Source of the DNA: Octopus bimaculoides
Lineage: Eukaryota
DNA: 56,789 nt
Assembly (NCBI RefSeq): GCF_001194135.2
Contig: NC_068988.1
Location: forward strand, 39,782,529-39,839,317
Direction of reading: 5' to 3'
The notes under the pieces were generated by a model, which ran no database searches, was not told the origin of the DNA, and saw only the letters and a program-made list of their open reading frames with translations. Below, piece by piece: positions 39,620 to 54,119 of this stretch. The position numbers were made by a program, and so were the translations under genes. How positions within the stretch are numbered: position 1 is the stretch's first letter; every line of letters starts with the position of its first letter.

Positions 39620-40150
39620 GCCCGGTTGCAGTAGCAGGCAGTGGCTCTCATAGCTTCTGATCGAATTTAATGGAAGAGTTATTATGTACATTGTTTTGTC
39701 TTGGTATAAAAGATGGGCTACAGTAAATATTCTGCTTAATACCACAGATTTGCATGTTAGTTGTTTGAACTTAACCAGTTGAGCATGTCCCTTGGTGGCT
39801 GACAATATGTGCATCTCTGATCATGAGCAGAAGTAGTGGGGGAGCGTCATAGCCATGTGTTGAGAGGAATGTTTGGGGTTTGAATAATTCACCTTTGGAA
39901 ACATGGGTGTTTTGCCCAACATCCTTAAACAAACCTCATTCATGGACCTTTTGAGTGGGATGGGCTACTCGATCTGAAGAAAATTCTAACTGGGCCCCAC
40001 TTGCGAGGTCATGCGCTGTTTATTTTGATGTGAGATCACCATGTCGCGCACATATTGTTGTGATGCATGTGCCTGGTGTACCGTTATCAGATGGGTAGTC
40101 ATGATGGGTATAATGGGTTTCGTATATTTTATTCCAGTGTCACTTTGAGT
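39620..40150 (-). mobile_element. About 530-bp non-coding interspersed repeat abutting the (AAT)n tract
   Basis: GC-richer non-coding block ending ...gcaaccgggc-attattatt on the minus strand. I recall a near-identical abundant Octopus repeat that sits in TAA tracts (unverified). Confidence 0.55.
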
Positions 40151-40227
40151 TTACCAGATTTTCTGTAAAGGAGGACATGCATAGCGTAGCTCGAAATTAG
40201 CGGTCATAATTGTGATAATCTGAATAT

Positions 40228-41237
40228 TCAATATTTAGTAGACATGTCCTTTGCATTTTGCAATGCAAGGACCCTATTAGGCATCTTACTGATCAGATAA
40301 CGAATATTCTCTTGTAGAATTTCTTGCCAAGTTTCATGCAAACGATCTGGTTTGAAGATGCATTCTTGTTCTTTTTAGTAAGTGTCCTTTCCATTATGTC
40401 CCAGAGATGTTTAATAGGGTTCATATCTGGTGACTGGCTTGACCATGGAAGCCTTGAAATGCCATTCTCGTCCAACAAATCTTGGTTTATTTCAGCCGTG
40501 TAACAAGGGACCCCATCTTCCATAAATAGTCCTTTTTAATCATTTCACCACTGGAGAAGTTTGGAAATACTCCTTTTTGCAATATGGACACATTTATCTG
40601 AGTTTATATTTCTCTCACACTCCATCGTCTCTGATTGATCAATGCTCCAAATTGCTCCCCAGACCATCACTGAATAGTTGCTGTCTTTCATTGTTGGCTG
40701 CAGTCTTTTCACACCAAATTCTTGATCGCAGAATCTCCAGACCTATACTCGATCACTGTCAGGAAATACAGCAAATCTGGACTCGTTAGAGAATATGACA
40801 GTGTCCCAAAATGCTAGTGACCTCGCCGCCATCTCACTGGCCCAAACTTTACTCTGCTTGATGTTGAATGGTCGAAGAAGTGACTTCTTGCTGCTTGCTG
40901 CTCTGCCATAGTAACCATGTGCGTAGAGATACCTGACAGCTGTTCTGGGACTGACAACCACTTCTTCTACTATGTCAGAATCCATGAAACGAGGATTATC
41001 CTGCGTACTTCTCTTAGAAAAGAGAAGGTTCCTGTTATAGGACTCTGGTTGATCAGTGTGAGGGGATGTGAACTTCTTCCCTTCTCTGGGGAATTGCATA
41101 ATCAGTCTATTAACTCTAGAAAGCAGGATCCCAAGGTTTTCTGCAATATTACGCTGACAATTTCCACCTTCAGTATGATCCACAATGCGACCTCTTTGAA
41201 TTTCAGACAGTTCCAAGGCTTCTTTTGTACATGTCAT
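40228..41237 (-). mobile_element. Near full-length dead Tc1-like transposase
   Basis: ELSEIQRGRIV...VSPRTAVRYLYAHGYYGRAASSKKSLLRP...WDTVIFSNESRF; MEDGVPCY...LPWSSQSPDMNPIKHLWDIMER; C-terminus MPNRVLALQNAKDMSTKY*. The first D (to N) and the E (to K) of DDE are mutated; frameshifted. Confidence 0.93.
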
Positions 41238-41367
41238 GATTAAACATTCACGTATAGAACCTGAAACATAGAAATGTCAATTAATAAAAAATATAAAACT
41301 TTACATGTTAGAACAACATAAAGAGATGTTTTATGGTATGTCTATTTACTTGCGTCATGTCTGTGTA

Positions 41368-41437
<70 letters not shown>

Positions 41438-41992
41438 CACACACACATATCATGCGTATTTATTTTTGCCTGTCTAATTATATATGTATATATATAATAC
41501 ACATACGCCCACACATATAGATATAATGCGTAGTTACCTTTGTGCGTATATATGTGTGAGTATGTGTGTGCCTGTGTGTTTGTGACACAGACAAACAGTC
41601 ATATACAAAGACGCAAGCAGGAAGGCTAATTGACAAACTTGCAGACAGTCAAGCTGAGAGATACCACTCACAAGTAATATTTGTGAAGTCTTCGTTCGAA
41701 GTTAATTGATTTACCAAATACAGTGGACTGAAAAACGAATTAATTACAATGTTGAGTTCTTATATTATAATTGTTCATTAAATTCATCCTTTACAAACTC
41801 TGCTTAATTGGCAAATAACTTCATAATGCACAATAATGCAATTCACTTGTAAATATAAATTTAACATTGTATTTCGCAAACATTTATTTGGAAATTACCG
41901 AAACAATGTTATAAGGATAAACTCTTTGTAATGCTGCACATTGTGATACTCGAATGATCGATATTTAATTGAATATAATATAATATAATATA

Positions 41993-42032
<40 letters not shown>

Positions 42033-43406
42033 NNNNNNNNNNNNNNNNNNNNNNNNNNNNNNNNNNNNNNNNNNNNNNNNNNNNNNNNNNNNNNNNNNNN
42101 NNNNNNNNNNNNNNNNNNNNNNNNNNNNNNNNNNNNNNNNNNNNNNNNNNNNNNNNNNNNNNNNNNNNNNNNNNNNNNNNNNNNNNNNNNNNNNNNNNNN
42201 NNNNNNNNNNNNNNNNNNNNNNNNNNNNNNNNNNNNNNNNNNNNNNNNNNNNNNNNNNNNNNNNNNNNNNNNNNNNNNNNNNNNNNNNNNNNNNNNNNNN
42301 NNNNNNNNNNNNNNNNNNNNNNNNNNNNNNNNNNNNNNNNNNNNNNNNNNNNNNNNNNNNNNNNNNNNNNNNNNNNNNNNNNNNNNNNNNNNNNNNNNNN
42401 NNNNNNNNNNNNNNNNNNNNNNNNNNNNNNNNNNNNNNNNNNNNNNNNNNNNNNNNCCCACATACCCGCGATTCGGATTTTGATGTTTGAAGAATTGGAA
42501 AATTTGAAAATATGACCATCTCCTGAATTGCAGAAAGGAAAATGTAATTAATGTCCCTGAGAATGATTTTATCCACTTTTTCCAGATTGTCGGCTATAAT
42601 CTACAGCTACATGTGATTTGACTTACTCTGTCCCTCTGTCACTCACACATATCTAGAGCAATATGAATATAAATATAAAATATGTACATAGTAAACTATT
42701 GAGGTTTTCCGGAATTTGTCCCGGTCCCATGACATTATATTTCCTTGTTTTCTCAAAGACAATGATATGCGTCTGTATAAGTATTTTATTAAAAGTAAAG
42801 AGACGAAAATGGTATCTTCTGTCGTATAATGTTATTGAAAGACATAGTACGGTTATAATAGTAAGTAGACTAGAAGGATATATGGACTGATTTGCCTTCC
42901 AGTTGTGGTATCTCTCTATTTGAATCTGTTGCTCATTGTTTTCAGTTTCCATTTAAAGAAAAAAAAAAACAACCGGATCTTCAAAACGAGTAATAACATC
43001 ATCATCAAAGTGATCAAAAGTATTCTTTAGATAAAACTTCATATTCTTTGAGTGTTGTCAGTAACAAGCATAAGCCAGCTAAAATTCACAAATGCATATG
43101 ATGATATCACATTGGAATTAACAAATCAGGATTGTTCAACTCTGATACAATACACTCAAGTGCAACCAGTTAGAAAAAGGATAGAAATACAACTAAGCAT
43201 AACATCAGGTGCATTACGATTCTAGTTGTATCGCGACAGTTGTCACTGTCAAATATCAAGGGCTACTACATGAACTTCCTGTACAGAACTACCACTAGTG
43301 ACAAATACAAAAATGTACGGTATAGATTCATGTAATTTGCATTTTACACTACTTTTGAAAATTATGAAATTTGGAAACCGGTTCTAAATATATTTTATTA
43401 AGGAAA

Positions 43407-43458
<52 letters not shown>

Positions 43459-44157
43459 AAGCAAACACCACACACCACACACCACACATACACACTCACA
43501 TGTATTCATGTATATATGTATTTATGTATATGTGTTTGTGCCTTCACGTGGATCTAAAAACTTTAAGACTTAAGGATCAGGTATATTATACGAATGGAAA
43601 CAGTCCTTCTATGCTTCTAATTTGCGAAGAAGGTAATAGGAATCTTCTGATGGACCATTTCGCGATTTTTTAACATCTCTTTACGTTGCTAATTCCTTTA
43701 GACTAGATTCCAGGAATCTTCACATATATATTTATAAAACATAAATTTATTAAATCAGCACTGTAATGAATCCATATATCCATGAGCATGTACCAAACAT
43801 CATTGTAGGTTATATCTTCCCAGTCTCATGTAAATGAGTCATCATTCTTGACCATCGAGTATGTCTGGTATATTTTAGTGACATTTCACAAATTTTTGTT
43901 ACTTTTAATATCGTTTTTTGCTGTATCTGTTTTAATTTTCATGTGTCGTGTGTGATATCACGTATCATCTTGCAACATGTAGTATCTATTTCACTTTCGC
44001 TTCAACTCTCTCGTCTCATCCATGCATCTGTATATGCATATGCGCAAACATGTGTACACGTATATGAGTCTATGCATACATACGAGGATATATATTCATA
44101 TGTGCACGTATGCATATATACATGCGAGCATATACATATATATTATATATATGGTTG

Positions 44158-44188
<31 letters not shown>

Positions 44189-45849
44189 ATGTGTGTGTAT
44201 GTGTCATGTATCATAGAACAGTGGTGACTATTAGAGGAATAGTGAGAGAGGATTCACACAGGAGGGATTTTGACAGTCTGTCAAGTAAAAGATAGAGAGA
44301 AGAGACAACTCTGCTAAGACACTGTGATGGCGTAATCTGATAGGAAGATTACGCTCCAGGAGATTACAAATGATTGAAACCCATAATCTGACATATTTGA
44401 CCACGTGTGTATGTACGTGTGCGTAAATGTATGTATGCTTAGGTAGGTCTATATATGGAAATAGTATAAAGAGTTCGTAGAATCATTATTATATTCTTGC
44501 ATGTGATATTAGGCTCAGTAAGAAAGCATCAAAAGAATGAATGTTATCAGCATTGATTTTTTCCCATAAAATCATTATGTAATCTATTCTTGTTTTGAAA
44601 CTGTTACCGGTCGGCTGCCTCTCTTTAGGATTGATTGAGGTCTCAACAGTATGACATTAAACACGGTTAATGATGTGGAGTATTGAGACTGTTCCAAACA
44701 ATGTGAAAGCTTTAAGCTAGTTTTAGACAACAATTTTAATTACAATTTTAATTTATTTTACCCTTTCCAGGTCAAGAGTCATGAATGGATTTCAACTGAA
44801 TATATTTCATTCAATACATAAGCTACTTAACTAATACATTCAGTATTATATTTCGTATGCCTCATATTCAGATTGTTCAAAACACAATACAAAAATTAAT
44901 ATTCTGTATGCAATGTCTCCACTATTCTTGGAAACTATATGTCTCATCAGACCTTTCGTTTATTTGTAACATGTCCTTTGCAAGATATGACATGATCTCT
45001 GAATTCAGTATAGCCATTAATTCCTGCTTCTATTCATATTTCCTCCGCCTGGAAGTAAACGAAACAGCCTGTGCACTCCATGTGAACATTGTGGTATTGT
45101 ATGCACGGATGTTTAATTATTAGAATACTTAATAAATGGAACGGAAAGCCAGCAGTGCTTTGTCATAAGAACTACATGTTCTCGTTCAGGGATATACATG
45201 ATCAGTAACAATCATAACCCATGAATTCTAAATATAATATCTTTTCTAATGCGCTGCTCATCACATGCATAATCTTTCAAACATTATTGTCGACATTTCC
45301 GTCCAGATAAGCAGTTATGCAACCAAATGATCTCCCATGCATGTATACAGATGTTCTAGTATTGAAGCATACGGAGATAATACACGCCTACAAAATATAT
45401 GGATTATTCAAAAATCCATGCAGAGAGCAATCGAAAATTCTACACGCATGCAGAACTAATAAATACACATAAAGAACAAACTTTTCAATGTTCACATATA
45501 GAAGATTAATTTCTGGACATGAATAATTGATGTAGTGTGAGAAAAACTTGTTTATGAATTAAAATTAGGTTTTTGTGTTGAAAACGTGATTACCTAAATA
45601 ACTCGTGTTGATCTAAGAACGGAGAGGAGAAAAAAAAAGTTGGTATACTTCATAGATGATGTGAAATAAGAAAAAATTTATCTACTTTTAAAATCTGCAA
45701 ATATACATATTTTCTATCAACATATGTAAATGAAAGTACACACACACACACACACAAAGACACAAGCACACACACACACACACACACATTCTATTCCATT
45801 TTTCCTTTGAAGATTCCTTTAAGGAAGGAGACTGTCTCTAATAAAGATA

Positions 45850-46900
45850 CAAAGCTCCATTCGTAGAATGAACATAGCAAGAGCAACGTCACGTTTTGGA
45901 CTTGAGAAACGTCGTGCATACTGCACCTGTTCCGCTTAGAGATTGTATATTCAATGTTCATGTTAACTGTGTGATTCCTTTTTCTGAAAATCCTAATTCT
46001 CCAGATTGCCATTTAGGCTTTTGATAAGAAACTCAGCAACTAGCTAGTATCAGTATAAATGCCAATTTATTTTCGAGGAGTCAAGAGCGAACGGTCGCAG
46101 TAGTTGTTTGCAGTTTTTCTCTTTCTCAGGTTTTCGACGAAATATTCACATCAGCACAACAATTGACTTTAATATGGTACATATTATTCATGTGTGTCAC
46201 GAATAACTATATGCGGGTTGTTGATGTTTCTCTTTTGAAGGAGTTTCGATGGGAATATTCCAACAATATTCTTCGGGCTGATGTCTATGTACGTTATCAA
46301 TAACAGAAAGATTCTCCATATTTATCTCCGAACAGACGTTTGTTTTTTTCCAGATAGCATTGTAAACTGATTTAGCGACAGCCTTATGTAACATCGGCAG
46401 GTAGTACCTTGATGACACTTTATGGTTGCTGCTGATCACATGTGTGGTGTCCTCCACAGGTATGTTACATAATTAACTAAGGTTTTACTCCATTTGCATA
46501 TTAAGCATTCGGTATAATTTCTTGGTCTTTGTTCAATCTGAACTTATGGTAACGGACGCTTGTAAGAACAACGCTAGATGTGGCAAGCTCCTTAAGCTGG
46601 GTACTTATTTAATTTTATTTGTATCAAAGTCATCATTATAAAAAAAAATAAGCATAAGAAGTGCTTCCCATAATTCTACCTCGGGGTCCTATCTTTCCTA
46701 AAAACCTATTGTTTACTTTATTTGGATATTTGAAAATACGGTCCTCATCCATCTTATTTAGTTCGTTATTTGCCATCAATATGTAAGCATTCGTCCTTTG
46801 AATAAGAAAACGCTGATGAAATCCGGGCATAATGTGGGCTTCTTTTTCATCTAACATGGTTCGAATCGTGATGATCTGAAGCACTGATCCTCTTATCTAA
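45850..46900 (-). mobile_element. Decayed R4-clade LINE 3' portion (RT end, zinc-knuckle remnant, RLE endonuclease)
   Basis: EDTTHVISSNHKVSSRYYLPMLHKAVAKSVYNAIW...EEYCWNIPIETPSKEKHQQP; downstream DFQKKES...SGTGAVCTTFLK. Confidence 0.75.
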
Positions 46901-48699
46901 TATGTATTACATTTGGTGATACATCTTTAATGTGATAGAAATAAAATTAAATAAGTATCCACTATATTTCTTCTCCATTTTCTCTCAATATATAAATCGA
47001 TAACACCACTTGATATCCGAATTTAGAGATCCCTAACGAGGATATTACATCCTCAATACTAATATATATATACATACATACATATATANNNNNNNNNNNN
47101 NNNNNNNNNNNNNNNNNNNNNNNNNNNNNNNNNNNNNNNNNNNNNNNNNNNNNNNNNNNNNNNNNNNNNNNNNNNNNNNNNNNNNNNNNNNNNNNNNNNN
47201 NNNNNNNNNNNNNNNNNNNNNNNNNNNNNNNNNNNNNNNNNNNNNNNNNNNNNNNNNNNNNNNNNNNNNNNNNNNNNNNNNNNNNNNNNNNNNNNNNNNN
47301 NNNNNNNNNNNNNNNNNNNNNNNNNNNNNNNNNNNNNNNNNNNNNNNNNNNNNNNNNNNNNNNNNNNNNNNNNNNNNNNNNNNNNNNNNNNNNNNNNNNN
47401 NNNNNNNNNNNNNNNNNNNNNNNNNNNNNNNNNNNNNNNNNNNNNTAAAGGCAGTTATTGCGTGACATAACATATAAGTGAAAAACAGCAGTTGCTATCT
47501 CAATGAAATTGCAATGCATAATATATTAACATTAGTTTGATATTTCTTGGTAGGACAGATCTGGAATTGATTAATGGTTTATTATCATTGGATTGGAACT
47601 AGTAATATGATGAGTATAACATATTCAGCTGAGCAAACAAGTGCTTTACACCTTGACTTGAAGCAATTTGTGCTCCTATGCTCTAAATGTCTTTCTTTTT
47701 CTGCGAGCAGAGTATTACGATTTCTTGATGAATAATGCCAATCATTATTCAATCCTTATTATATATCAATATATTTCGGAATAGTAATAATGTGAATAAT
47801 GACATTTTAGCACAAAGGTTATGTCTTTTGTAATTTATAACATACTATTCTGTATGACTATTACCATTAATGGAGTTAACACGAGTCGAAAATGGAACTT
47901 ATTAATGTCAATCACCCTGCTTAAAGTAGAAACCAAATTTGGCTCAAATTGCAACTCATCGACTTACATAAAAGAAAGAACACATCAAATACTATTTTAA
48001 ATGAGTTTTATGGGAAAATAAAGGAAAGATGCTTGTTGCTGGCGCTTAGCAACGATTGATGTAATTTGAAACAAAAGGAAACGTTTACGTGATTGCTTTC
48101 TCCGATAGAATTAGGAAATAATACTCTCTCAAAACATATGGTGCCATTTTAAAGAAGGAAACTAGATATATTGTGTCTACTGAGGAAAGGGCAGAATTAT
48201 CGTAGCTGCAATGTAATCGATCATAATGATCTGGGGATAAACAACAATGTTGACAACAATTATAATAATACTCGGAAGCAAACATCATTTAATAACACAA
48301 GCAATGATTTTGTGAATTGTCTTTCGTGCCTGTATATTTGTGGAAATAGAACCCTTTTGGTGTTCTCAAACTTATTCCAGCATATCATATAGAATGTCCC
48401 ATCTAGAGGAGGAGTGAATTCATTTCCAGGTAATTTGAAGTGACATGTTTTGCTCAAGAACACAAAGTACCACGCAATCTAGGAATCAATCTCACACCCT
48501 TATATCTTAATCACTAGAGCTATTCGACTGCCATGTGATAAGTGGTTGGCTTATGACACAAACACTCTTTTACCGAAATCAAATATGGGCAGGTTTAACT
48601 AGTTTGAAGTATATAATTTCAAAACTTCACGTAAGTGACTTGAGATATTGGTCGCATCTCTGTTGAACTTTAGTAATTGAGAAGTATGGTAATATCTAC

Positions 48700-51260
48700 A
48701 GTGAGAGACATTTCTTTCGATTTAATCACAGGTTTATAAGGACGGACCTAGAAAAATATTTAAACAAAGCTTGCTTAATTCTGAAACTCGTTAACAATCC
48801 TGAAGTTGAGATTTCACTCACAAAAAGTAAAGATAGAAATGATATTCGAAAGGAGTAAAAAGAGGACTCTTGATTAGAAAGTGATCACTGATACCTCCGG
48901 TATCAGAGAAGAGTACGGAATCAAATATAATTAAAAAAAACGAAACCAGACAGCACAATGCAGATACATAAAATAACAAGCAATTAGTGTCAGAGAAGCT
49001 TCTTCCCGAGAAAATATAGATTCCTTCTGGAGAAAAATCTGGAGCGAAAAAAGGAGTGGAAACGGGGTGCTTTGTTGCAAGAAGAAATCGGAAGAATTTA
49101 TTGTCCTTGCATTACACTCAAAACATAAAGCATCAATGGTGATACTCATGTCACTGTAGTTCAAGCATTTCTTCATTGAAATGCGCACGGAAAACATTTG
49201 TTGGACACTGTTACAAGGATGTAATCTCGTACCGACCGTAACGACAAATCTGCCGAAGCAAACTCTCAATATCAATGGTAACAGACCACTCTAGTTAGAT
49301 CTAGCAGAAACATAACTGATCCCCAAATGCAAAACCGGTCACATTGTAAAGAACTACCAGTTAACTGCATGCCGGAATTTAATGTATAAGATACATATAA
49401 ACTTTTTAAACCCATTCTTTCAGAACACTTGTGAAAATAATATTATAATAGTAGAAAATGCTGCTGCGAGGAAAGAAGTTTAGGGATGTGCTAAACTATT
49501 TTTGATCATGAAAATTATTTTGTAGCTAGAATATAAAAATGCTTTTGAAGCTGTCCATCGTTCTTGCAAGCCAGAAGTCCTTCGACTTGTTAATGTTCCA
49601 GAGATCATAATCAAAGCCACTGCAGATTTGACTTCATCCTGGGCTGCCATCCTGAGGTTAAATACAAGGAGCGATTATATTATTCGTAAAATACAATATC
49701 ACAGTGGTATATACCGAGATGGTTTCTATGTGATGTTGTCATTCATTTTGTACAATTTTGAATAATGTTCCATCGACACACTAGAAGATAAAAGTATATA
49801 GCCTGAAGCTATTTTAGTAATATGAATGAAACGAAAAAGAATCTTTATGTTGCCACAACATTCTCAAAGGATACAGGGTTGGAATTTGACAAAGATAAAT
49901 ATTTTCTTATATGGTTGTGTATCTAGGCCAAACTACAAATGAGACTAGCAGCATTTGCATAAATGACTTGATTGTTTCTTCTAAATCTTGAAAGGATTGC
50001 CACATGCACCTAGAAATGTTTAAAAACCTAACTTACGATAGTTCCTGTAACAATGTATTCGTCACTAAGTAATTTAACAAGCGGATAAGAAAGCAAAATG
50101 TGTCTCAGAACTCCGTGCATGCAATAAACTGTTGTCTGCAGTATGTTTGCAATATCAGCACTCATACAAACATGTGGGCTACTTGATTGGATGCTTGATG
50201 TGATCAGAACCATTGATGTAAAAATTCGAAAATACTAACCTGCACAAATATTCTTTACATCAACAAAGACATAAACTATGTTTACCTAAAGCGAAAACAA
50301 GAAGGAAGAATTTTCACATCACATCAAACAGCTTTTGAATTCCACATTCTAACCATTTAGTAACACATTTTGACACCCTATGTCGAAGTGAACATCGGTT
50401 GACCAAGTCTGCATATACGAGGCAGATAACATGAGACTCGGAAAGCATCTCCCCTAGAAATATACCCTATCTATTAACCTCGAGTACATGCTCAAATGAG
50501 TAGCATGATTCTACCGCATCATATAACCAAATAAAAGAATGAGTGCATATCAGTAGACCACATGCATGAATTTGTTGCATAAGGATCCAGGAGAATAACA
50601 ACGTTGATAATCAAAGTGTTCTTTCTTGGCCCAACAACCGAATAAATTAACCCTCACGTTGAAGTGTATCTGCAATCCAGGAAGAGGCATGATATAATTA
50701 ACATATTCCTGATGCACAAAAAGGATAGAAATGTAGGAAAGAGAACAAAATATGATAACCTTGTGAAGTTAGCATCAAAGATATCACCCACATCAGGATG
50801 TCATTGAATTACTATCTACCGATGAGACGTGATGTCATTATTAAGACACTAAACAATGAGATCTGCTTGATGGATAGTGCTGAGACGAAAGACCTAAGAA
50901 TCCACAGATATAAAGGCCGCCATTAACACTCGCAATATGAAAGAATACTGGTGGAATGTCCATGTGAATATTTCAACAAAATGCAATAAAATAAGAGATC
51001 GGAGATGGTGGTTTGAGACAGAGAAAAGAATTTGTTTGCTCTAGAAAATGTGAAGATCAGCTACAAAGAAATACCTTCGATGAGCTAACGAGTGAATCGA
51101 CACTAGGATATATTAGAAGCTATTTCTTCACTATCCTTCAGAAATGAAGGTTCTCAAAATCAGAATGTAGAAAACTATTTTGAAAGCGGCAGGTACAAGC
51201 CATCAGTAGAGCTAAGCTGTTAAATTACATAAAACACCCCAAAAGTTTAGCATGTAAATG
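48700..51260 (+). mobile_element. Long, heavily decayed R4-clade LINE (pre-RT, RT and RLE endonuclease regions)
   Basis: Collinear fragments: ENIDSFWRKIWSEK; LIPKCKTGHIVKNYQLTACRNLMYK; EYKNAFEAVH...LRLVNVPEIIIKA; LDWMLDVIRTIDVKIRK; YYLPMRRDVI; EYWWNVHVNISTKC; GSQNQNVENY/SKSECRKLF*KRQVQAIS. Confidence 0.85.
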
Positions 51261-53096
51261 CGTATGCACATGTCTTGTCATACATGTGTATGTGTAAGTA
51301 TATATACATGAAACAAAACATATATATCAGCAAATGTACTGCTTCCAAATATTTACATTTCTACATATATGCATGCGTGACCACACTGTTCATGCATGCA
51401 TATATGACTACACTGTTCATGCATACATATATGCATGCGTGACTTCCCTGTTCCACTGAAGGGATTTTTTATCTAGGTGATAAAACAGGTCAAGCATATA
51501 TATGAAGTTGACCTTTTGTAACCAATGATCTTTGCATAGATCAATTTTACTTGCATTATCAGTAAGAGCGTATATTTTCTTGCTACGTTACCTATAATCA
51601 TTAAAACTTAGTTGAGCGTTCCGTTTTATACAGAGACAAAATGACAATCTAGTTCAGCTAGATAACGTATGATAATTTGTTCGGCTTGAATTACAGGAAA
51701 TTCTCAAATTAGTCTCATATCATTGCTTTTTACAATAACAACTAAATAAGTACCAGAAATAAAATAGCCTGCAGAAGCTCGACTTCCTCGAGACCCATTG
51801 ACACAAAGGGCATTGAACAGTTTATCTTGTCCCTCAAATCACTTTCAGTATTGATATTTATAATGAAATGCTGAAGTATATATGCTTAGTAGCTGTTGAG
51901 AGAACTGGAAAGGGTTCCTTTTGTTATCAGCTTCACGAGATAACACAAATGACTTGAATTGAAACACTAATCGTTGGTTTTTAACCATTATTGACTCAGA
52001 GATTTGATTTCATAAGTTTTAATGGTGGCTCGTTAATGTCAATGCTATATAGATAGATAAAAAAGCAGACGTAAATCTGCGAGAGGAATGAAAAAGATAA
52101 AAGAAAATTAATATATACATAAAGGGTAAGGTGCCATGGAATATTGTGTTTAAGATGTTATTCCGGTTAATAAACTAGTCCGGTTAGTAAACATGTGTTC
52201 TAGAGCAGATCTTTGCAATCGTTATAAGTGGAATTTTGCACAGAAAAAACTATGCAGAATCTTGGAGTATAGTCTGTATCACTTCTTGCAGACTTCGAAT
52301 AGACTGTATCACTTCTTTAGACTGAATCTAATAATACTTTTTACATCATATTGTTTTTAAGTGCTTTAAAGAATTTCACTTTGTCGCAATCTTAAGGACA
52401 AGTCTCCGCTCTTAGTGTAGTCAACGAGTTATGGTATCTTCCTACGCTTCCGTCTACAACAAGATAGTCTTGGGGAAAATAAATAGATATTACTCTTTCT
52501 TCTCTGAACAAGATCTAATGATTTAAATATAAAACGATAGATATAGTAAAATGAAACGAACAGAAAATTAAGGCAGTGAGATAGTAATTACACAGGAAAA
52601 CAAAATGAAGTTCTTAATAAAGTAGAGAAATATGTACTGAGACAGAATATTAAAGGAATGAAAAATAAAATACTTATATCAAGAGAAAATTAGATGGGTG
52701 AAGCAGAAGAAATTATGTTGAAGGGAGACTTTTCGCGAAACGACCGTTCTAATTAATAAACCAAACGCAGCAAACCGTATCAAAAGGAGAAAATATACAT
52801 GTAAGAAGTAAGACAAAACCAAAAAATTAAATGTTTGTTTTAAGATCTCTTGTGTAGTAGGCTGACAAACATTTGCGATGTTCGAAAGAAATAATGTCTT
52901 GTGGTTTATGATCACGTCACTGTTTACACTTTTATTTCAAATACAGAAGTTAATTTTGGCTTTCATCTGTTGGAGTCAATAAATGAATTTTCCAGTCACC
53001 CCAGGGCTCCAATTAATTAATTATAAAGTCTCTTGAAATTTCTTACCTAATACCAAGTTTAGAAATCAATATTTCGTATGAGTTGTGGAAAGCAGT

Positions 53097-53170
53097 ACAA
53101 AGGGGATTGGAAGCTTTGTTGCAATTATCGCTGACAAAGGGGATTGGAAGCTTTGTTGCAATTATCGCTG
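53097..53170. repeat. Perfect 37-bp tandem duplication
   Basis: acaaaggggattggaagctttgttgcaattatcgctg twice (53097-53133 and 53134-53170). Confidence 0.95.
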
Positions 53171-53453
53171 ACAGCCATTTTACTATTCTTTTGACATATA
53201 TTTTCTGGGATGATCTGGAAACGATAATTGAATTGCAGTCCACCATTAAGCTTCAACGGATTATACCTAATATATATATATATATATANNNNNNNNNNNN
53301 NNNNNNNNNNNNNNNNNNNNNNNNNNNNNNNNNNNNNNNNNNNNNNNNNNNNNNNNNNNNNNNNNNNNNNNNNNNNNNNNNNNNNNNNNNNNNNNNNNNN
53401 NNNNNNNNNNNNNNNNNNNNNNNNNNNNNNNNNNNNNNNNNNNNNNNNNNNNN

Positions 53454-53487
<34 letters not shown>

Positions 53488-53689
53488 GTGTATGTATTTG
53501 TTTGAATATGTAGGTGTGTAAGTATATATGTGCGTTTGGATTTGTATGTATACACACGCACACACACGTAGATACATACATACATACATACATACATACA
53601 TACATACATACATACATACGTACGTACATACATGGTGGTTGTTTACTCCTTATGCAGAGTCTGACCATTTCGTGCAATTACACCTTAGA

Positions 53690-54060
53690 TCCATAATGGC
53701 GTCTGATGTAGATTTTTAAACCTAACAATATATTGCAAAGACACCATCATTGATTGCATATCTGATTTGGACCAACAAGAGCTGCAGTTAAGTTCTGATC
53801 TTTGTAGATCTTAAAATGTCTTTTGAGGCCTCCGTTCGATTTGCAGACCTTATAGTATATACGGCATTGAAAGGTGTGCACAAATATATTGGCAGAAAAG
53901 AGGCTGGAGATTCGTTTTTCATGGGAGTCCGCAAATGAGATTTGAGCCCAACGAGAGAAAAGCATGATGTGTCACAAACCGTACACACAAAAACGTCATT
54001 GAGATTCACATTCTCGGTCACAACATTCTTCTTTAAATCTCTCTTGAGTCTAGCATGTGT
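53690..54060 (-). mobile_element. Three degenerate C2H2 zinc fingers, probably an RTE-type LINE C-terminus
   Basis: FVCTVCDTSCFSLVGLKSHLRTP; FQCRIYYKVCKSNGGLKRHFKIY; ICNQ*WCLCNILLGLKIYIRRH. The C.S..GL.SH.R.H pattern lacks TGEKP linkers; frameshifted. Confidence 0.6.
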
Positions 54061-54076
54061 CATGCATACATACATT

Positions 54077-54119
<43 letters not shown>

